64,000 nt of DNA from Nitrospirota bacterium (lineage in GTDB: Bacteria; Nitrospirota; UBA9217). The notes under the pieces were generated by a model. It saw only the letters and a program-made list of their open reading frames with translations, made no database searches and was not told where the DNA came from. Shown in pieces: positions 40,860 to 51,752 of this stretch. Made by a program: the position numbers and the translations under genes. Each line of letters begins with the position of its first letter. The first letter of the stretch is position 1. Location: NCBI GenBank assembly GCA_963845065.1, contig CAWJQQ010000008.1:64001-128000 (forward strand). The letters run 5' to 3'.

Positions 40860-41726
40860 TCAGTCCTTAGATGTGCCCAAAAGACCCGAAGGCTTGAACA
40901 GAAGCACCAGCAGGAACAATACGAACACAATGACGTCCTTCCAGCCCGAGCCGAGGTAAACGCCGCCGACGGACTCGGCCACCCCGATGAGCACGCCGCC
41001 GAGCATGGCTCCGACGATGCTGCCCATGCCTCCGAGTACGGTTATCACAAAAGCTTTCAGCGTGAAGACGCTGCCGACCTGGGGGAAAATATAGTAGGTA
41101 GGCGATATGAGCGCGCCCGCGGTCCCGGCCAACGCTGTCCCGATTCCGAAGGCAATGGTCCCCATGCGTTTAACGTTGATACCCATCAACTGTGCCGCCT
41201 CCCGGTCCTGGGCCGTGGCCCTGATCGCCTGGCCAATGTCGGTCCGGTATAGGAACCAGTAGAGTATGGCTGTGATCGCCGCGGTAATGATAAAAGAGTA
41301 CATCAGCGGTTCGGATATCGAGATCCCCATGACGGTATCGCTGCTTGACGAATAGGTTGTGGTTAATATCCGGTAATCCGAAGTGAAGGCAAGCATGACC
41401 GAGTTGCTCATCACAAGCCCCAGTCCGATGGTCAGCAGTATCTGGTTTTGGGGCAAGGCATTGAGCGCACGGTTGATGAACACTTTTTGGAGAAAAGCAC
41501 CAAAGAGGAACATGAGCGGGATGACTACGACGATAGAAACAAAGGGGTCGATGTGCAGGAGGCTGAAAAGAAAATAGGTGGCATACATGCCGAGCATCAA
41601 GAGGTCGCCATGAGCGAAGTTGATAACCCTCATGACACCGAAAATGATGGTCAGGCCAATGCCTATCAGCGCATACACGCCGCCGATCAGGATGCCGCTG
41701 ATCAGTGATTGGAAGAAAACATTCAT
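40860..41726 (-). CDS. livH: Branched-chain amino acid ABC transporter permease
   Basis: GLTIIFGVMRVINFAHG, AIRATAQDREAAQLMGI, VLGGMGS. Confidence 0.95.
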   Translation of the reverse strand: MNVFFQSLISGILIGGVYALIGIGLTIIFGVMRVINFAHGDLLMLGMYATYFLFSLLHIDPFVSIVVVIPLMFLFGAFLQKVFINRALNALPQNQILLTIGLGLVMSNSVMLAFTSDYRILTTTYSSSSDTVMGISISEPLMYSFIITAAITAILYWFLYRTDIGQAIRATAQDREAAQLMGINVKRMGTIAFGIGTALAGTAGALISPTYYIFPQVGSVFTLKAFVITVLGGMGSIVGAMLGGVLIGVAESVGGVYLGSGWKDVIVFVLFLLVLLFKPSGLLGTSKD

Positions 41727-41885
41727 GAATATCCTACACTGTATAAAGCCGAAAAAATTGCTCAACTCTGAAGATCACGAATTATGTCAGCGAGAACGAT
41801 GAATTCAGGCAACCATTCGAGTGCTTCATGGTCTTCGCTTTCGCCCTTGTTCCTGCGGTTAAGGAGTCTCCGGTGATGAACTGAC

Positions 41886-41915
41886 AAAAAGAGGAGCGGG
41901 CCGGATGCCCGCTCC
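41886..41915 (-). terminator. Hairpin/terminator between livK and livH
   Basis: GGAGCGGGC-atccg-GCCCGCTCC then TCTTTTT on the minus strand. Confidence 0.65.
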
Positions 41916-41937
41916 CAGTAGTGACGAGCTTTATGAC

Positions 41938-43098
41938 TTATTTCGTCCAGCCCGGGAAAGGCCAGATGGGTTTCTTCGCCGCATCTTTCAGAGGCCACAC
42001 GGTCTCGTCCTTCCCGTCCTGCACTTGATCGACCAGCATCACAGCTTTGCGCTGATTCTGGTATCCGTCGTAATCCTGGAAACGAACCTCGCCGAGGATT
42101 CCGTTCCATTTTCCAGTATGGAGCGTCTCGCGCGTCTTCTCTCGGTCGCCACCTGAAGCCGCTGCAGCTTGGCCCATAATCATCATCGATTCGTAGGCGC
42201 ACGCCGCGTGGTACGTAGGCGGCTTGCCGAATTGCTTTATATATCGTTTAAACCATGCCTTGGATCCTGGCCACGGCGCATTCTCAGTCCACTGCGTGGA
42301 TGAGAAGACACCCTGACTGATCTGCTTCTCTTGGGCGAACTGCTCTACCGAGAACCCCGCGCCGGCTCCGAGGAAAGCCATAGGCGTAAGCCCTATCTCG
42401 CGCGACTGGCGCATCAGCAGGATAGCGTCGGCCACATAAGAGACCATGAACACGAGATCCGGATGCAGGGCCTTCACCTTCGCGAGCGTGGAGCGGTAGT
42501 CAGGCGATCCCTTCGAGTAGGACTCCTCAAAGACCACCTTGATGCCCTTTTGTTCTGCGATAGTTTTGGCGCTCTGAGCTCCTGAGACACCGAAATCAGT
42601 GTTTTCGTTCAGAATGGCGACGGTCTTGGGCTTGCCGAGGGTCGTAGCGAGATCAAACAAAACACCTGCATAGTCGCTTGTAGTGGCCGAGACTCGGTAG
42701 GTCCACTTATAGCCCTGCCGTGTGATCTCCTCCTTCGAAGCCGCGGGTATAATGAGCGGGATCTTGTAGCGCTCCGCCATCTTGGCGTCGGCGTTCGCCG
42801 TGGCCGAGGTGTAGGGACCCACAATGCCCGTTACGTTGTCCCGGGTCGCAAGTTTCTCGAAAGCCGCAAGCGACTTGTCGGGCTTGCCGCTGTCATCCTC
42901 TTTAACGAGATCAACATCAATCCCCATTTTACCCAGGTCCTCTATGGCAAGGGTCACCCCGTCCGACAGGTTCTCGCCAATCGGGGCTTCAGGACCAGTG
43001 ATCGAATTGATAAACCCGAGTTTGATGTTTGCTGCCTGGGAAGGGCCAGGAAGCGCCAAGCACAAGACAAGCAAAACGAAAATCATCTTCTTAACCAT
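41938..43098 (-). CDS. livK: Branched-chain amino acid ABC transporter substrate-binding protein
   Basis: Signal peptide, IKLGFINSITG, periplasmic binding protein type 1 pattern; first gene of the liv operon. Confidence 0.9.
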   Translation of the reverse strand: MVKKMIFVLLVLCLALPGPSQAANIKLGFINSITGPEAPIGENLSDGVTLAIEDLGKMGIDVDLVKEDDSGKPDKSLAAFEKLATRDNVTGIVGPYTSATANADAKMAERYKIPLIIPAASKEEITRQGYKWTYRVSATTSDYAGVLFDLATTLGKPKTVAILNENTDFGVSGAQSAKTIAEQKGIKVVFEESYSKGSPDYRSTLAKVKALHPDLVFMVSYVADAILLMRQSREIGLTPMAFLGAGAGFSVEQFAQEKQISQGVFSSTQWTENAPWPGSKAWFKRYIKQFGKPPTYHAACAYESMMIMGQAAAASGGDREKTRETLHTGKWNGILGEVRFQDYDGYQNQRKAVMLVDQVQDGKDETVWPLKDAAKKPIWPFPGWTK

Positions 43099-43565
43099 AC
43101 TTTGTTCCTCCTTAACTAGAGATATGATATACCGTAAAATCGGCTAATAATAAATATAGTATATAATTGTCAATAGTCAAATTTTTTGAGTAGGGGTGGA
43201 TATTTCCCAGTCAAGAGAGTACAACAAGTCGGTCATAATAGCAAGGGGTTGGGCAAGAAAATTTTATGATGCTTGTTAATGAGAATATACTTTTGGTTAT
43301 GATCATGAAGATCCCTCAAATTTTTTGACATAAGTAAGAGTGTCTGAATAACATTTCTAGAGTCGCCATGTTGGATTTCAGATTGTGCCAGTACGCAAAA
43401 AAAATCTATCGTAAGCATGGAACTTTAGTATAACAAATAAATTGGCTTTTAGCTAAATCTGTTGCCCATTAAATAGCTATTTTTAAAATCATCCAACAAC
43501 GCAAGAACGTATGTGATATATTTATTATTATAGTTAGATATTTCAACCACGAAGGAGGAATAAAA

Positions 43566-44039
43566 ATGAAGACGGTAAAAGCGATTTCTCTCATTGCGTT
43601 TACGATTTTTTTAACAGCCTCTCTTAGTTTGGCGGCTACTCATGGCGTGTTCAAGGCAAAACTTACAGGCAAGCAGGAAGTTCCCGCTACAGTGACAAAA
43701 GGAACAGGTGAGGCTATATTTAAATTAAGCAAAGATGGGAAGGAGATCACCTACATCCTGAAGGTAAAAGGCATCGAAAATATCAGAGCAGCGCATATAC
43801 ATGCTGGAAAGATGGGTGAAGAAGGGGCAGTGTTAGTCGGTCTATTTGGGGGACCAAAAAAAGAAGGCATGTTTAGCGGAGTTCTTGCCAAAGGCACTAT
43901 CAAGGATATGAATCTGGTAGGCCCTCTGGCAGGGAAGACGATTGGGGACCTCGTCGAACTGCTCAAGAGCGGCGGGACTTATGTCAACGTCCACACCGAT
44001 AAGTACCCAGGTGGTGAATTACGCGGTCAGGTCGAGTAA
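43566..44039 (+). CDS. CHRD-domain secreted protein
   Basis: LTGKQEVP, AAHIHAG, YVNVHTDKYPGGELRGQ. Confidence 0.93.
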   Translation: MKTVKAISLIAFTIFLTASLSLAATHGVFKAKLTGKQEVPATVTKGTGEAIFKLSKDGKEITYILKVKGIENIRAAHIHAGKMGEEGAVLVGLFGGPKKEGMFSGVLAKGTIKDMNLVGPLAGKTIGDLVELLKSGGTYVNVHTDKYPGGELRGQVE

Positions 44040-44094
44040 ATAAGTAAATAAGGGGATGGTCAATCACCATCATGTTGTCAGCTATTCGAATTAC

Positions 44095-44132
44095 AAGCGG
44101 AGTGGGGAGAGAGTCCCGACTCCGCTTTTTTT
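44095..44132 (+). terminator. Rho-independent terminator
   Basis: AAGCGGAGTGGGGA...TCCCGACTCCGC followed by T7. Confidence 0.8.
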
Positions 44133-44246
44133 CTGGCGCAAAGAAGTGCGTATAACGAAGAAAAAAAAGAAGAAAGTGATTAAACGTGACAATATAGGCG
44201 GTAAAACATATCATTATACCTAATTGTTTGAATCACGAGGCACAAA

Positions 44247-45950
44247 ATGATGATGGAAAGATGTACGACAATTGATTGTCGCAGCATGGACACGGAAGAA
44301 TCCGTGGAAAAACAAGAAAATTTGGAAACAGGCAGTCATGATCGTCAACTGACCATCCAACAGTATGATCAGCTTCTTCAATCGCTTCCTAATGGGGTGG
44401 TTCTTATCAGCAAGGAACGGACGATAGTCCATATCAATGCTCAATTGGAGAAGATGTTCGGTTACCGGAAAGAGGAATTGCTTGAGAAAAATATCGAGAT
44501 CCTCATGCCCGAGCGCTTTCACGCCCGTCATCGCAAGCATGTGGCGGACTATGTTGCCAATCCTCGCGTTCGTTCCATGGGTAGTGGACTTGAACTGTTT
44601 GGACTGAGAAAGGACGGCACAGAGTTCCCCATCGATATCAGCCTGAGTTATTTAACAAGGGATGGAGAAGTATTTCCCCTGGCGGTCGTAAGGGACATCA
44701 CGGAGCAGAAAAATGCCGAGCACAAGATCGCGTTGAATTACCAGATCCAGAAGACCATCAGCTCGGTCCTGAAGATATCACTGGAGCCCATATCGCTCGA
44801 GGAGCAGCTCAGTCACGTTCTTGATCTGATACTCACGATCCCGGGTTTTGCTATGCATGCGAGGGGGAGCATCTACCTTGTTGCTAAGGATAAGGACCCA
44901 AAAACACTCGAGTTGAAGGCAATGCACGGATTTTCCGTGGCACAGGTAGATTCCTGCAAAACTGTTTCACTCGAGAAAGGCCTTACCGCTGTACAAGCGG
45001 CATCCTGTCAGATCATTACAGCCGATTGCCTTGAGGTGCCTCACGATATTCAGTATGCGGTTTCAAACTTCGCAGGGCAGTATTGCGTTCCTATCGTTAT
45101 TGGCAAGAGGACTCTGGGGATGGTCAATGTGGCAGTGACGGGGGAGCACCGGCGCATATCGGAAGAAGAGGAGTTTCTTGCAGCAATCGCAAATTCACTT
45201 GCCGGACTCATCGAGCGGCATGACTCGGAAATGGAAAAAAACCGTCTTCGGGAACAGCTCCACGAATCGGAGAAACTCGCGGCCCTCGGGAGGATTACGG
45301 CCAACGTTTCACACACGATCAAAAATCCGTTGATGGCCATCGGCGGGTTCGCGAACAGGTTGGTTGATAAACTGCCAGAAGGGACCAAGGAAAAAAAATA
45401 TGCAGGATTGATCTTCACGGAGGCTGTCAGACTTGAAAATGTACTGCAGAACGTGCTCCTCTTTTCGAGGCGAGACGCCAACCGCAGGGAGGAATGCAAT
45501 GTACATGAAATAATCGAGAGGGCGTTGATGATGTATGAAGACATCTGCAGGGGAAAATCCATTGTCATCAGAAGTCATTTCGCAGATGTCCCCGCCGTCT
45601 TTGGAAACAAGGAACAAATCCTTCAGGCCGTAGAGAATATTCTCTCCAATGCCATTGATGCAATGCCCCTGGGCGGGACCCTGACGGTAGGCATTAACGA
45701 AGAGCAGATACGCGAAATTTCGTATGTGGCAATAAACGTGCAGGATACCGGTCAGGGTATCGAGGCGGAAAATATCAACAGAATATTCGAACCCTTTTTT
45801 ACAACGAAATTGCTCTTAAAAGGTACGGGTTTGGGTCTCTCGATTACCAAGAAGGTTGTAGAAGAACACGACGGATTTATTCGGGTCGACAGCAAGATAG
45901 GCATCGGTACGACTTTCAGCCTCTTCCTCCCCACTCAGTCGCATGCTTGA
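44247..45950 (+). CDS. PAS-GAF sensor histidine kinase
   Basis: PAS (RKDGTEFPIDISLS), GAF, H-box SHTIKNPL, NILSNAIDA, DTGQG, FEPFFTTK, GTGLGL. Confidence 0.93.
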   Translation: MMMERCTTIDCRSMDTEESVEKQENLETGSHDRQLTIQQYDQLLQSLPNGVVLISKERTIVHINAQLEKMFGYRKEELLEKNIEILMPERFHARHRKHVADYVANPRVRSMGSGLELFGLRKDGTEFPIDISLSYLTRDGEVFPLAVVRDITEQKNAEHKIALNYQIQKTISSVLKISLEPISLEEQLSHVLDLILTIPGFAMHARGSIYLVAKDKDPKTLELKAMHGFSVAQVDSCKTVSLEKGLTAVQAASCQIITADCLEVPHDIQYAVSNFAGQYCVPIVIGKRTLGMVNVAVTGEHRRISEEEEFLAAIANSLAGLIERHDSEMEKNRLREQLHESEKLAALGRITANVSHTIKNPLMAIGGFANRLVDKLPEGTKEKKYAGLIFTEAVRLENVLQNVLLFSRRDANRREECNVHEIIERALMMYEDICRGKSIVIRSHFADVPAVFGNKEQILQAVENILSNAIDAMPLGGTLTVGINEEQIREISYVAINVQDTGQGIEAENINRIFEPFFTTKLLLKGTGLGLSITKKVVEEHDGFIRVDSKIGIGTTFSLFLPTQSHA

Positions 45951-46034
45951 ACGTACGAACAATGAGACATATCAGCCAGATCCAGTTGCTAATTTTATGC
46001 ATTACCAACGCACCAGCATGCCTGTTACAGAAGA

Positions 46035-46493
46035 TCATATATTTAGCGAATTGATGAGATTGTCGACCCACATAACAAGGTCGGTCTTGTCCTTTGGAGG
46101 ACCATCGACACGGAGGATTTGTGCACCGCTTCGATAGACAATGAATGTCGGCGTTTTTTCAATCTTAAAGCGTTGTGAGAGAATCACATCCGAGTCGATA
46201 TCGACTTTCAGTACTTTAAGCTTCCCTACCCGTTTCTGGGCAAGATCATTCAACACAGGCTCGAATATCTTGCAATAAACGCAGAGACGGGCTGTGAACA
46301 CGACGAGAAGCGTTTCAGCCCAATATGAAACCGTCCGGTCGAAGCTATCGGCTCTGGTCCATTCGGGTTGAGAGGGAACTTCCAAATTCGTCTTGCAATT
46401 CCAACAGAGCGGTTTTTTCCCGAGTTTGTCCAGGGGTACTCGGCTCAACTGCAGGCAGGTCCTGCACCGGATCTTGATTGAAGTATCGGCCAT
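46035..46493 (-). CDS. TrxC-like thioredoxin with N-terminal zinc finger and atypical LCVYC site
   Basis: CRTC...CWNC N-terminus; thioredoxin fold with CVYC, LKVDID, TPTF. Confidence 0.82.
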   Translation of the reverse strand: MADTSIKIRCRTCLQLSRVPLDKLGKKPLCWNCKTNLEVPSQPEWTRADSFDRTVSYWAETLLVVFTARLCVYCKIFEPVLNDLAQKRVGKLKVLKVDIDSDVILSQRFKIEKTPTFIVYRSGAQILRVDGPPKDKTDLVMWVDNLINSLNI

Positions 46494-47441
46494 TCGTGAT
46501 CTCGTTTCCTTAGATTTGGTTGAAACTGTTCTTGCCCGATTGAACGGGGATGTTATCCTTGAGCTTCCGGCATCGACAATTCTTCATAGAAAGGCCGATT
46601 GTCGCAGGAATAGTTTTTTATAAGAGTAGTGTATGCAAAGAAGCTAAAATAGTCAAGTACGAGCATATTATTCAATATTGCTCCTTTGACCGAAGGTGCT
46701 GATTTCACAGATTTATCACTCTTACCAAAAACATCCATCCAAACGACGTATTGGTTGTGGGATGAATTGGGTGGCTCTAAATTTCCCCAATAATTGATAA
46801 ACTGAACAAAAGTATAATATATTGCATGAATTTCCCACATCCATATCATAATAGCAATGCCAGCCTAAAAACCCGCTTGTTTGTAATAGAGCAACACCAG
46901 GATACCTAATGGCATGGCTTACAGCTAGGTGACTAAAAAACGTACTGCATCGCTCGATTCCTGCCGGGAAAACAATACTGAATCAGAATATTTTGCCCGA
47001 CGGTAAACTCCATGACGTTGTTGTCATCCGGAAGAAGTTTCTGGCAGCGGCCAATGCTTTTATCGATACCATATTCCTGCCGGAGCCGCTAATAAGCACG
47101 GGAACGAGTAAAGAGATATTATTCATCCTGACCACCGTCCAGAAAACCATGAGGAAAGGTTTTAACAAGGCGTATGTAGAAAAGTCCTGCCTGGTCATTC
47201 CAGCAGCCATTGATCAAGTAGAAAGCAAATACTTTAATTGCATTTATCGACGGTTACTACAGTGCGCCACCAAGACAGATGAGAAAGATCCGTTGAAGCG
47301 GCAATACCTCAATATCCCTGAAATCATACAGAATAAAGTCAGCCTGAACGCAGGCGTCAGCGCTATTGCCGCGGCAGCGATAAGATGTCAGTACAGACTT
47401 TCAGCGTCATGAAATACGGCAAAACAGGGACTTCGACGCCC

Positions 47442-48746
47442 TTACCCCGCAATCCTTCCGAAAAACATTTCCAGCCTGAATAAGATCCCGGGTATTATGT
47501 CAAAATTATTGCTCTGCGGGAACCTGACCTGGGGGGACACTTCAAAAAAAAGCCACTCCCGCCAGAAGCTGTGGCGATACCTAATTCTGAAGTCGATTTC
47601 CGTCAGTTCGTCGACTGGCCTGGTTTGCCAGGTGTTGATCCATTCGTACTCAACGGCGTGAGTCGGGTCGAAGGGCTCGCGCAACAGAAAAGCAAGACTG
47701 TAAGTATATCCGACGACCCGCGAGGCCCAGACCCCGTCAATGGTCGTGCGGAAAAATAAATCTTTCGGCAACTGGCGCTCGAATTCTAGGCGCGAGTCCA
47801 TTTGCCAAGCTGTGTCCGTTCTCCAGAGGACTTCCTGGGTGAACCTGATCTTCCAGACGGGAAACGGGAAGAGTAAGCGATAGCGGGGCTCGATCAAAGG
47901 TACAGGTTTGAATTTGCTGAACTGGACGCCGCTCATGACGATGAAGTTTTCTTTTGGAGTCGTCTTAAAAAAGTATTGAAGCGCGGTCGTGAAGTTCGCC
48001 TGCTCCACTTCTCCGAAACGTTCAGCGGGGGTTAGCACCGGAGTACCAGGGCCGGTAAGGGTTTCGGACGGTGCTGCCGAGAATGCGATGTGCGTCTTAC
48101 GTTCCAGTTCCGGGAGGGCTAGCCGCAGATCGAAGGCGGGCTTAAATGTGGACGGGGCATACTTTTCCTTGAAGAAATCATACCGGAACCGTACGTACGA
48201 CTGATTTTTTTCCTTGACATAGTTTGCATCGGCGAAGAAAGAATCCAACCATTCAGCCGTCGACAGAAGCTTCCTAGATAACTGGCCGTGCAGCGTATCT
48301 ACGAACCCTAATTCAGGCTTGACTTCTGCAGGTTTTGCTGGTCCAATAAAGGGATGGGGTTCCTTTTCTTCGGAGGGCGACAGAGAATTTGTCGGCGACG
48401 TCTGCACTGGCTGGTACCGGGGAGGTGATTCATTTTCTTCTGTGGGCGACAGAGAATTTGTAGACGACGTCTGCACTTCCTGCTGCCGGAGAGGTGATTC
48501 AGACACCGGCTTGCCTTCTCCCGGTTTCGCTGGTCCCGCAGAGGGTTGGAGGTTCTTTTCTTCCGAAGGCGACAGAGAACTTGTCGGCGCTGTCTGCACT
48601 TCCTGATGCCCGAGAGGTGATTCAGGCATGGTGGGACTTTCTTCTGCCCATGCAAGGCCTGCGAACGCAACTCCGGCAGCGGATGATTTCCTGCAGAAGA
48701 GCGAGGAATTGAGCGCGGTTGGGGAATGGAGAATGGCAATCACCAT
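47442..48746 (-). CDS. Putative outer-membrane beta-barrel hypothetical protein with a repetitive Pro/Ser-rich N-region (start uncertain)
   Basis: TAEWLDSFF, LRLALPELE, WREWLFFEVSPQV, terminal RLEMFFG. Confidence 0.75.
   Translation of the reverse strand: MVIAILHSPTALNSSLFCRKSSAAGVAFAGLAWAEESPTMPESPLGHQEVQTAPTSSLSPSEEKNLQPSAGPAKPGEGKPVSESPLRQQEVQTSSTNSLSPTEENESPPRYQPVQTSPTNSLSPSEEKEPHPFIGPAKPAEVKPELGFVDTLHGQLSRKLLSTAEWLDSFFADANYVKEKNQSYVRFRYDFFKEKYAPSTFKPAFDLRLALPELERKTHIAFSAAPSETLTGPGTPVLTPAERFGEVEQANFTTALQYFFKTTPKENFIVMSGVQFSKFKPVPLIEPRYRLLFPFPVWKIRFTQEVLWRTDTAWQMDSRLEFERQLPKDLFFRTTIDGVWASRVVGYTYSLAFLLREPFDPTHAVEYEWINTWQTRPVDELTEIDFRIRYRHSFWREWLFFEVSPQVRFPQSNNFDIIPGILFRLEMFFGRIAG
48320..48625. 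repeat. Three imperfect intragenic repeats (VQT-x-x-T-[NS]-SLSP-[ST]-EE)
   Basis: GGCGACAGAGAA[T/C]TTGT...GTCTGCACT recurs at ~48376, ~48445 and ~48568. Confidence 0.8.
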
Positions 48747-49253
48747 GACCATCCCCCATATATAATGTTGGGCACTTTTTGGCAACGGATATGTAGCTCC
48801 TAAATAAAGAACTAGTGTCTTCAATGAAGATAGGCAAAGGCGGGATGAAAGTCAAGCAGGAATGGGCCCGTTACAGCGCGTCGACGGAATTGTATTCTCT
48901 TGGTAAGGTAGGGCATAAAAGGCGTCCCTGACAACCCCCTTTTTTATTATTCTGCGCTGTAAAACCCTGACTCATTAGGAAGGGTATATAGTGCTGTTTG
49001 TGAAGCAACCAGGAAATATTACTTCTAGCATTAGGTTGACAATTCTAATTAATATAGTAAATAATAGGGGGAAAACCACTCCCTGTTACCGGACCGCCTG
49101 GAGAAATACCGGGCGAGCAACATCAGCCCATGAATCGGGAACGAGGCAAACATCTTTGCCGCATCCGAAAACAGAATCAGCATTGGTATAAGTTGTAGAG
49201 TCTGATTCGGGAATCCTTGCCCTTAAGGCCGGGAAGGAAAACAAGGAGCTATT

Positions 49254-49838
49254 ATGCTTTGTTATGATGATGCCTTGAAACTGCTCTATTGTTACGGCGG
49301 GGATACGGCCTGGATCAGGCATTGCCTGGCTGTTTCCCGGGTCGCAAAACGCGTCGGGGAAATCATGGTGCAAAGATGCACACTTGACACTGAATACCTC
49401 ACCACCGGTGCGCTTTTGCATGATATCGGAAGGTATAAAACGCATCATCCGATCCTGCACGGTGTCGAGGGTTTCCGGCTACTGACGAGCCTCGGTCATG
49501 ATCGAGAAGCCTTCATCTGCGCATCACACATTCTGTACGGAATGGCAAGCGCTGAAGCGGCACTCTACGGCCTCCCCCCCCAAGATTATATCCCCACAAC
49601 ACTCGAAGAACGTCTTGTACCGCTTATTGACGGAGTGGTCGAGTTTGACAAGCCGACTACCTTCGCAAAACGCTGTGAATCAATCTCTCAACGCTACCTA
49701 GGCAATGAACCATTTTTGAGGAGATTTGCAGATGCGGCAGCACGGGCGGAGGAAATGCTGGATCAGTTGCACAGCGACTTCGGCATTTCGGTCGAACAAA
49801 TTGCTTCGGAAACCCTCAGAGACCGAGAAGTCTTTTGA
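49254..49838 (+). CDS. HD-domain (HDIG) phosphohydrolase
   Basis: RHCLAV, GALLHDIGR, HGVEG, TLEERLV. Confidence 0.88.
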   Translation: MLCYDDALKLLYCYGGDTAWIRHCLAVSRVAKRVGEIMVQRCTLDTEYLTTGALLHDIGRYKTHHPILHGVEGFRLLTSLGHDREAFICASHILYGMASAEAALYGLPPQDYIPTTLEERLVPLIDGVVEFDKPTTFAKRCESISQRYLGNEPFLRRFADAAARAEEMLDQLHSDFGISVEQIASETLRDREVF

Positions 49839-50013
49839 ATGGAATTTATTGCTTCGGGTCCAGCGTCATGCGCTTCAATCTTGTCAATTATCGAAGGAAT
49901 GCGTTCTAAACTCAGTGGCATTGTGCCATCTCTCAGACTCACTCGGAAATAATCGAGACCATTACATCCGTGGTATATTTATAGTAAAACGTCTTAAAAA
50001 AGGAGGCGCAACT

Positions 50014-50397
50014 ATGAAATACCTTGTTCTCTTGGGAAGGATCTTGTATGTGGCCATCTTCTTAATGGCCGGGCCGAATCATTTTACTGCCGGGGCAATC
50101 GGTTACGGTGCCAGTAAAGGTGTGCCCATGGCATCGATTGTAGTCCCCATAGCGGGGATAATCGCTTTTGTAGGCGGGCTGAGTATCCTACTGGGATATA
50201 AAGCGAAGTACGGCGCGTGGCTTATCATCGTCTTTCTCTTGCCGGTTACATTCATGATACACAATTTCTGGACCTATGCCGATCCGATGCAAGCGCAGGA
50301 GCAGATGGTTAACTTCATGAAAAATCTCTCCATGCTGGGCGCCGCGTTCATGATCGCGCACTACGGTTCAGGACCGCTCAGCTTGGATAAAAAATAA
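50014..50397 (+). CDS. DoxX-family membrane protein
   Basis: AAGGAGG RBS; LGRIL, GGLSILLGYKAK, HNFW, FMKNLSMLG. Confidence 0.92.
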   Translation: MKYLVLLGRILYVAIFLMAGPNHFTAGAIGYGASKGVPMASIVVPIAGIIAFVGGLSILLGYKAKYGAWLIIVFLLPVTFMIHNFWTYADPMQAQEQMVNFMKNLSMLGAAFMIAHYGSGPLSLDKK

Positions 50398-50619
50398 ATA
50401 ATATCATTCAAAAACAAATAAAGGAAATGCTAATGAGTGTTATCACCCGCGTCGTTATCTTCACTGCTTTGGCGGCCTTGCTCCTTACTGTATTCAAGAG
50501 CCCTTTTTTTGTTGCCGAATAGCCGGCTATTACTATCGACAGAACCAGGACCACGCTAATGGTTATGGATTATCAAAGCGATATTGTAAACATCCTTCCG
50601 GAAAAAGACCGGGCGCCTT

Positions 50620-51752
50620 TGCTGGCGAACCAGAGAGTGATGAATAAGGATGAACTAAGAGTTTTGCTGAAATTTGTCGACGACGAGCTTGAGGAATGGT
50701 CAAGACAGGATAGCCGGGAAGACAGCGAGTTCGGCGACTTGCGGGGAAGCGATCAGTTGCTGCAACAGAGCAAGAAGACCATTCGGAAAGCGGCACAATA
50801 TTACATCAAGAAGGTCCGTGAGAAAGGGCCGTCTTTTAAAGAAGAAATACAAAATCGTCTTGAAAATGCCAAGAGGGAAGCAGACGACCAGAAGCTAAAG
50901 AAGGTCAGCATCACTGACCCGGAAAGCCGCTTTATGAAGAACAAGAAAGGTCGGATCGAGCTATCCTATAGTCCTCAGATCACGGTAGACAAAGAAGGGT
51001 TCATCCTAGCGAATGACGTGACGCAGAGCCCCGTCGATACCGGGCAGCTGCAACCTCAGGTTCTCCAGACAGAAGAGAACGTGGGACGGATGCCTGAAGG
51101 TGTTGCCTGGAGTTTTGATGCGGCCTACTTTGAAGGCGCTAATATCAGGTTTCTGGCAGACAGGAAGATCGATGGCTACATACCGGATAACAATGAAAAG
51201 AAAGGAGTAGCTCCCTTTGACAAGGAGCATTTTGAATACGACGCGATCAGGGATGAATATTGATGCCCGGGAAACAAGCCGCTACCCTTTCTGGGAGCAC
51301 ATTTTGACAAGCTGAAGAACAAGATATATAAAGGTAATGCATGCCCTACTTGCCAGAGCCAGAGCAAATGTACGAAGCGGAAAGATGGGATACGATATCT
51401 CAAGATGTATCCATGGGAGACAGAGAGAAACTCCATGGTGGCGAAGATGAAGACGCCGCAAGCAAAAGGGGTATATAAGCTACGACAGCAAATCGTGGAA
51501 CCGGTCATCGGAGACATCAAGGAGAATCAAGGACTGCGGGCATTCTTAGCCAGAGGTATACAGGGGGCAAAGACAGAGTTCAATCTGGCCTGTGCAGCAA
51601 GGAATCTGAAGAGAATCTGGTTATGTCTTCGGAAGAAAGAAGGAGATGGGGGATAAAACACCTCGTCAGATCCGGCTCCAATCGCCATTTCAGTTAGCTT
51701 ATTAGTTTTGTTCTGAAGATATCCCCATAGAACAATGAATTGTCGGACAGCC
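50620..51752 (+). mobile_element. IS1182-family element, 5'-truncated, transposase with an in-frame nonsense codon
   Basis: SITDPESRFM, SYSPQITVD, FDAAYF, EY*CPG (TGA 51261, same frame continues), YKLRQQIVEPVIGDIK, EFNLACAARNL; terminal ...TGTCGGACAGCC. The left boundary is approximate. Confidence 0.85.

Noticed and set aside
46983..47412. 139-aa plus-strand ORF
   Set aside because: No RBS or recognisable motifs. It may be the antisense shadow of a decayed minus-strand gene that I cannot identify.
49060..49110. ZTP-riboswitch-like fragments (GGAAAACCAC, GACCGCCTGG) upstream of the HD gene
   Set aside because: The 5' GACTGGCG pseudoknot partner is missing and the downstream gene is not typical of this riboswitch.
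51261..51263. In-frame TGA in the IS1182 transposase (EY*CPG) as possible selenocysteine or readthrough
   Set aside because: The position precedes the conserved Cys rather than replacing it, no SECIS-like AGGT hairpin follows, and the element is 5'-truncated. It is best read as an ordinary nonsense mutation.
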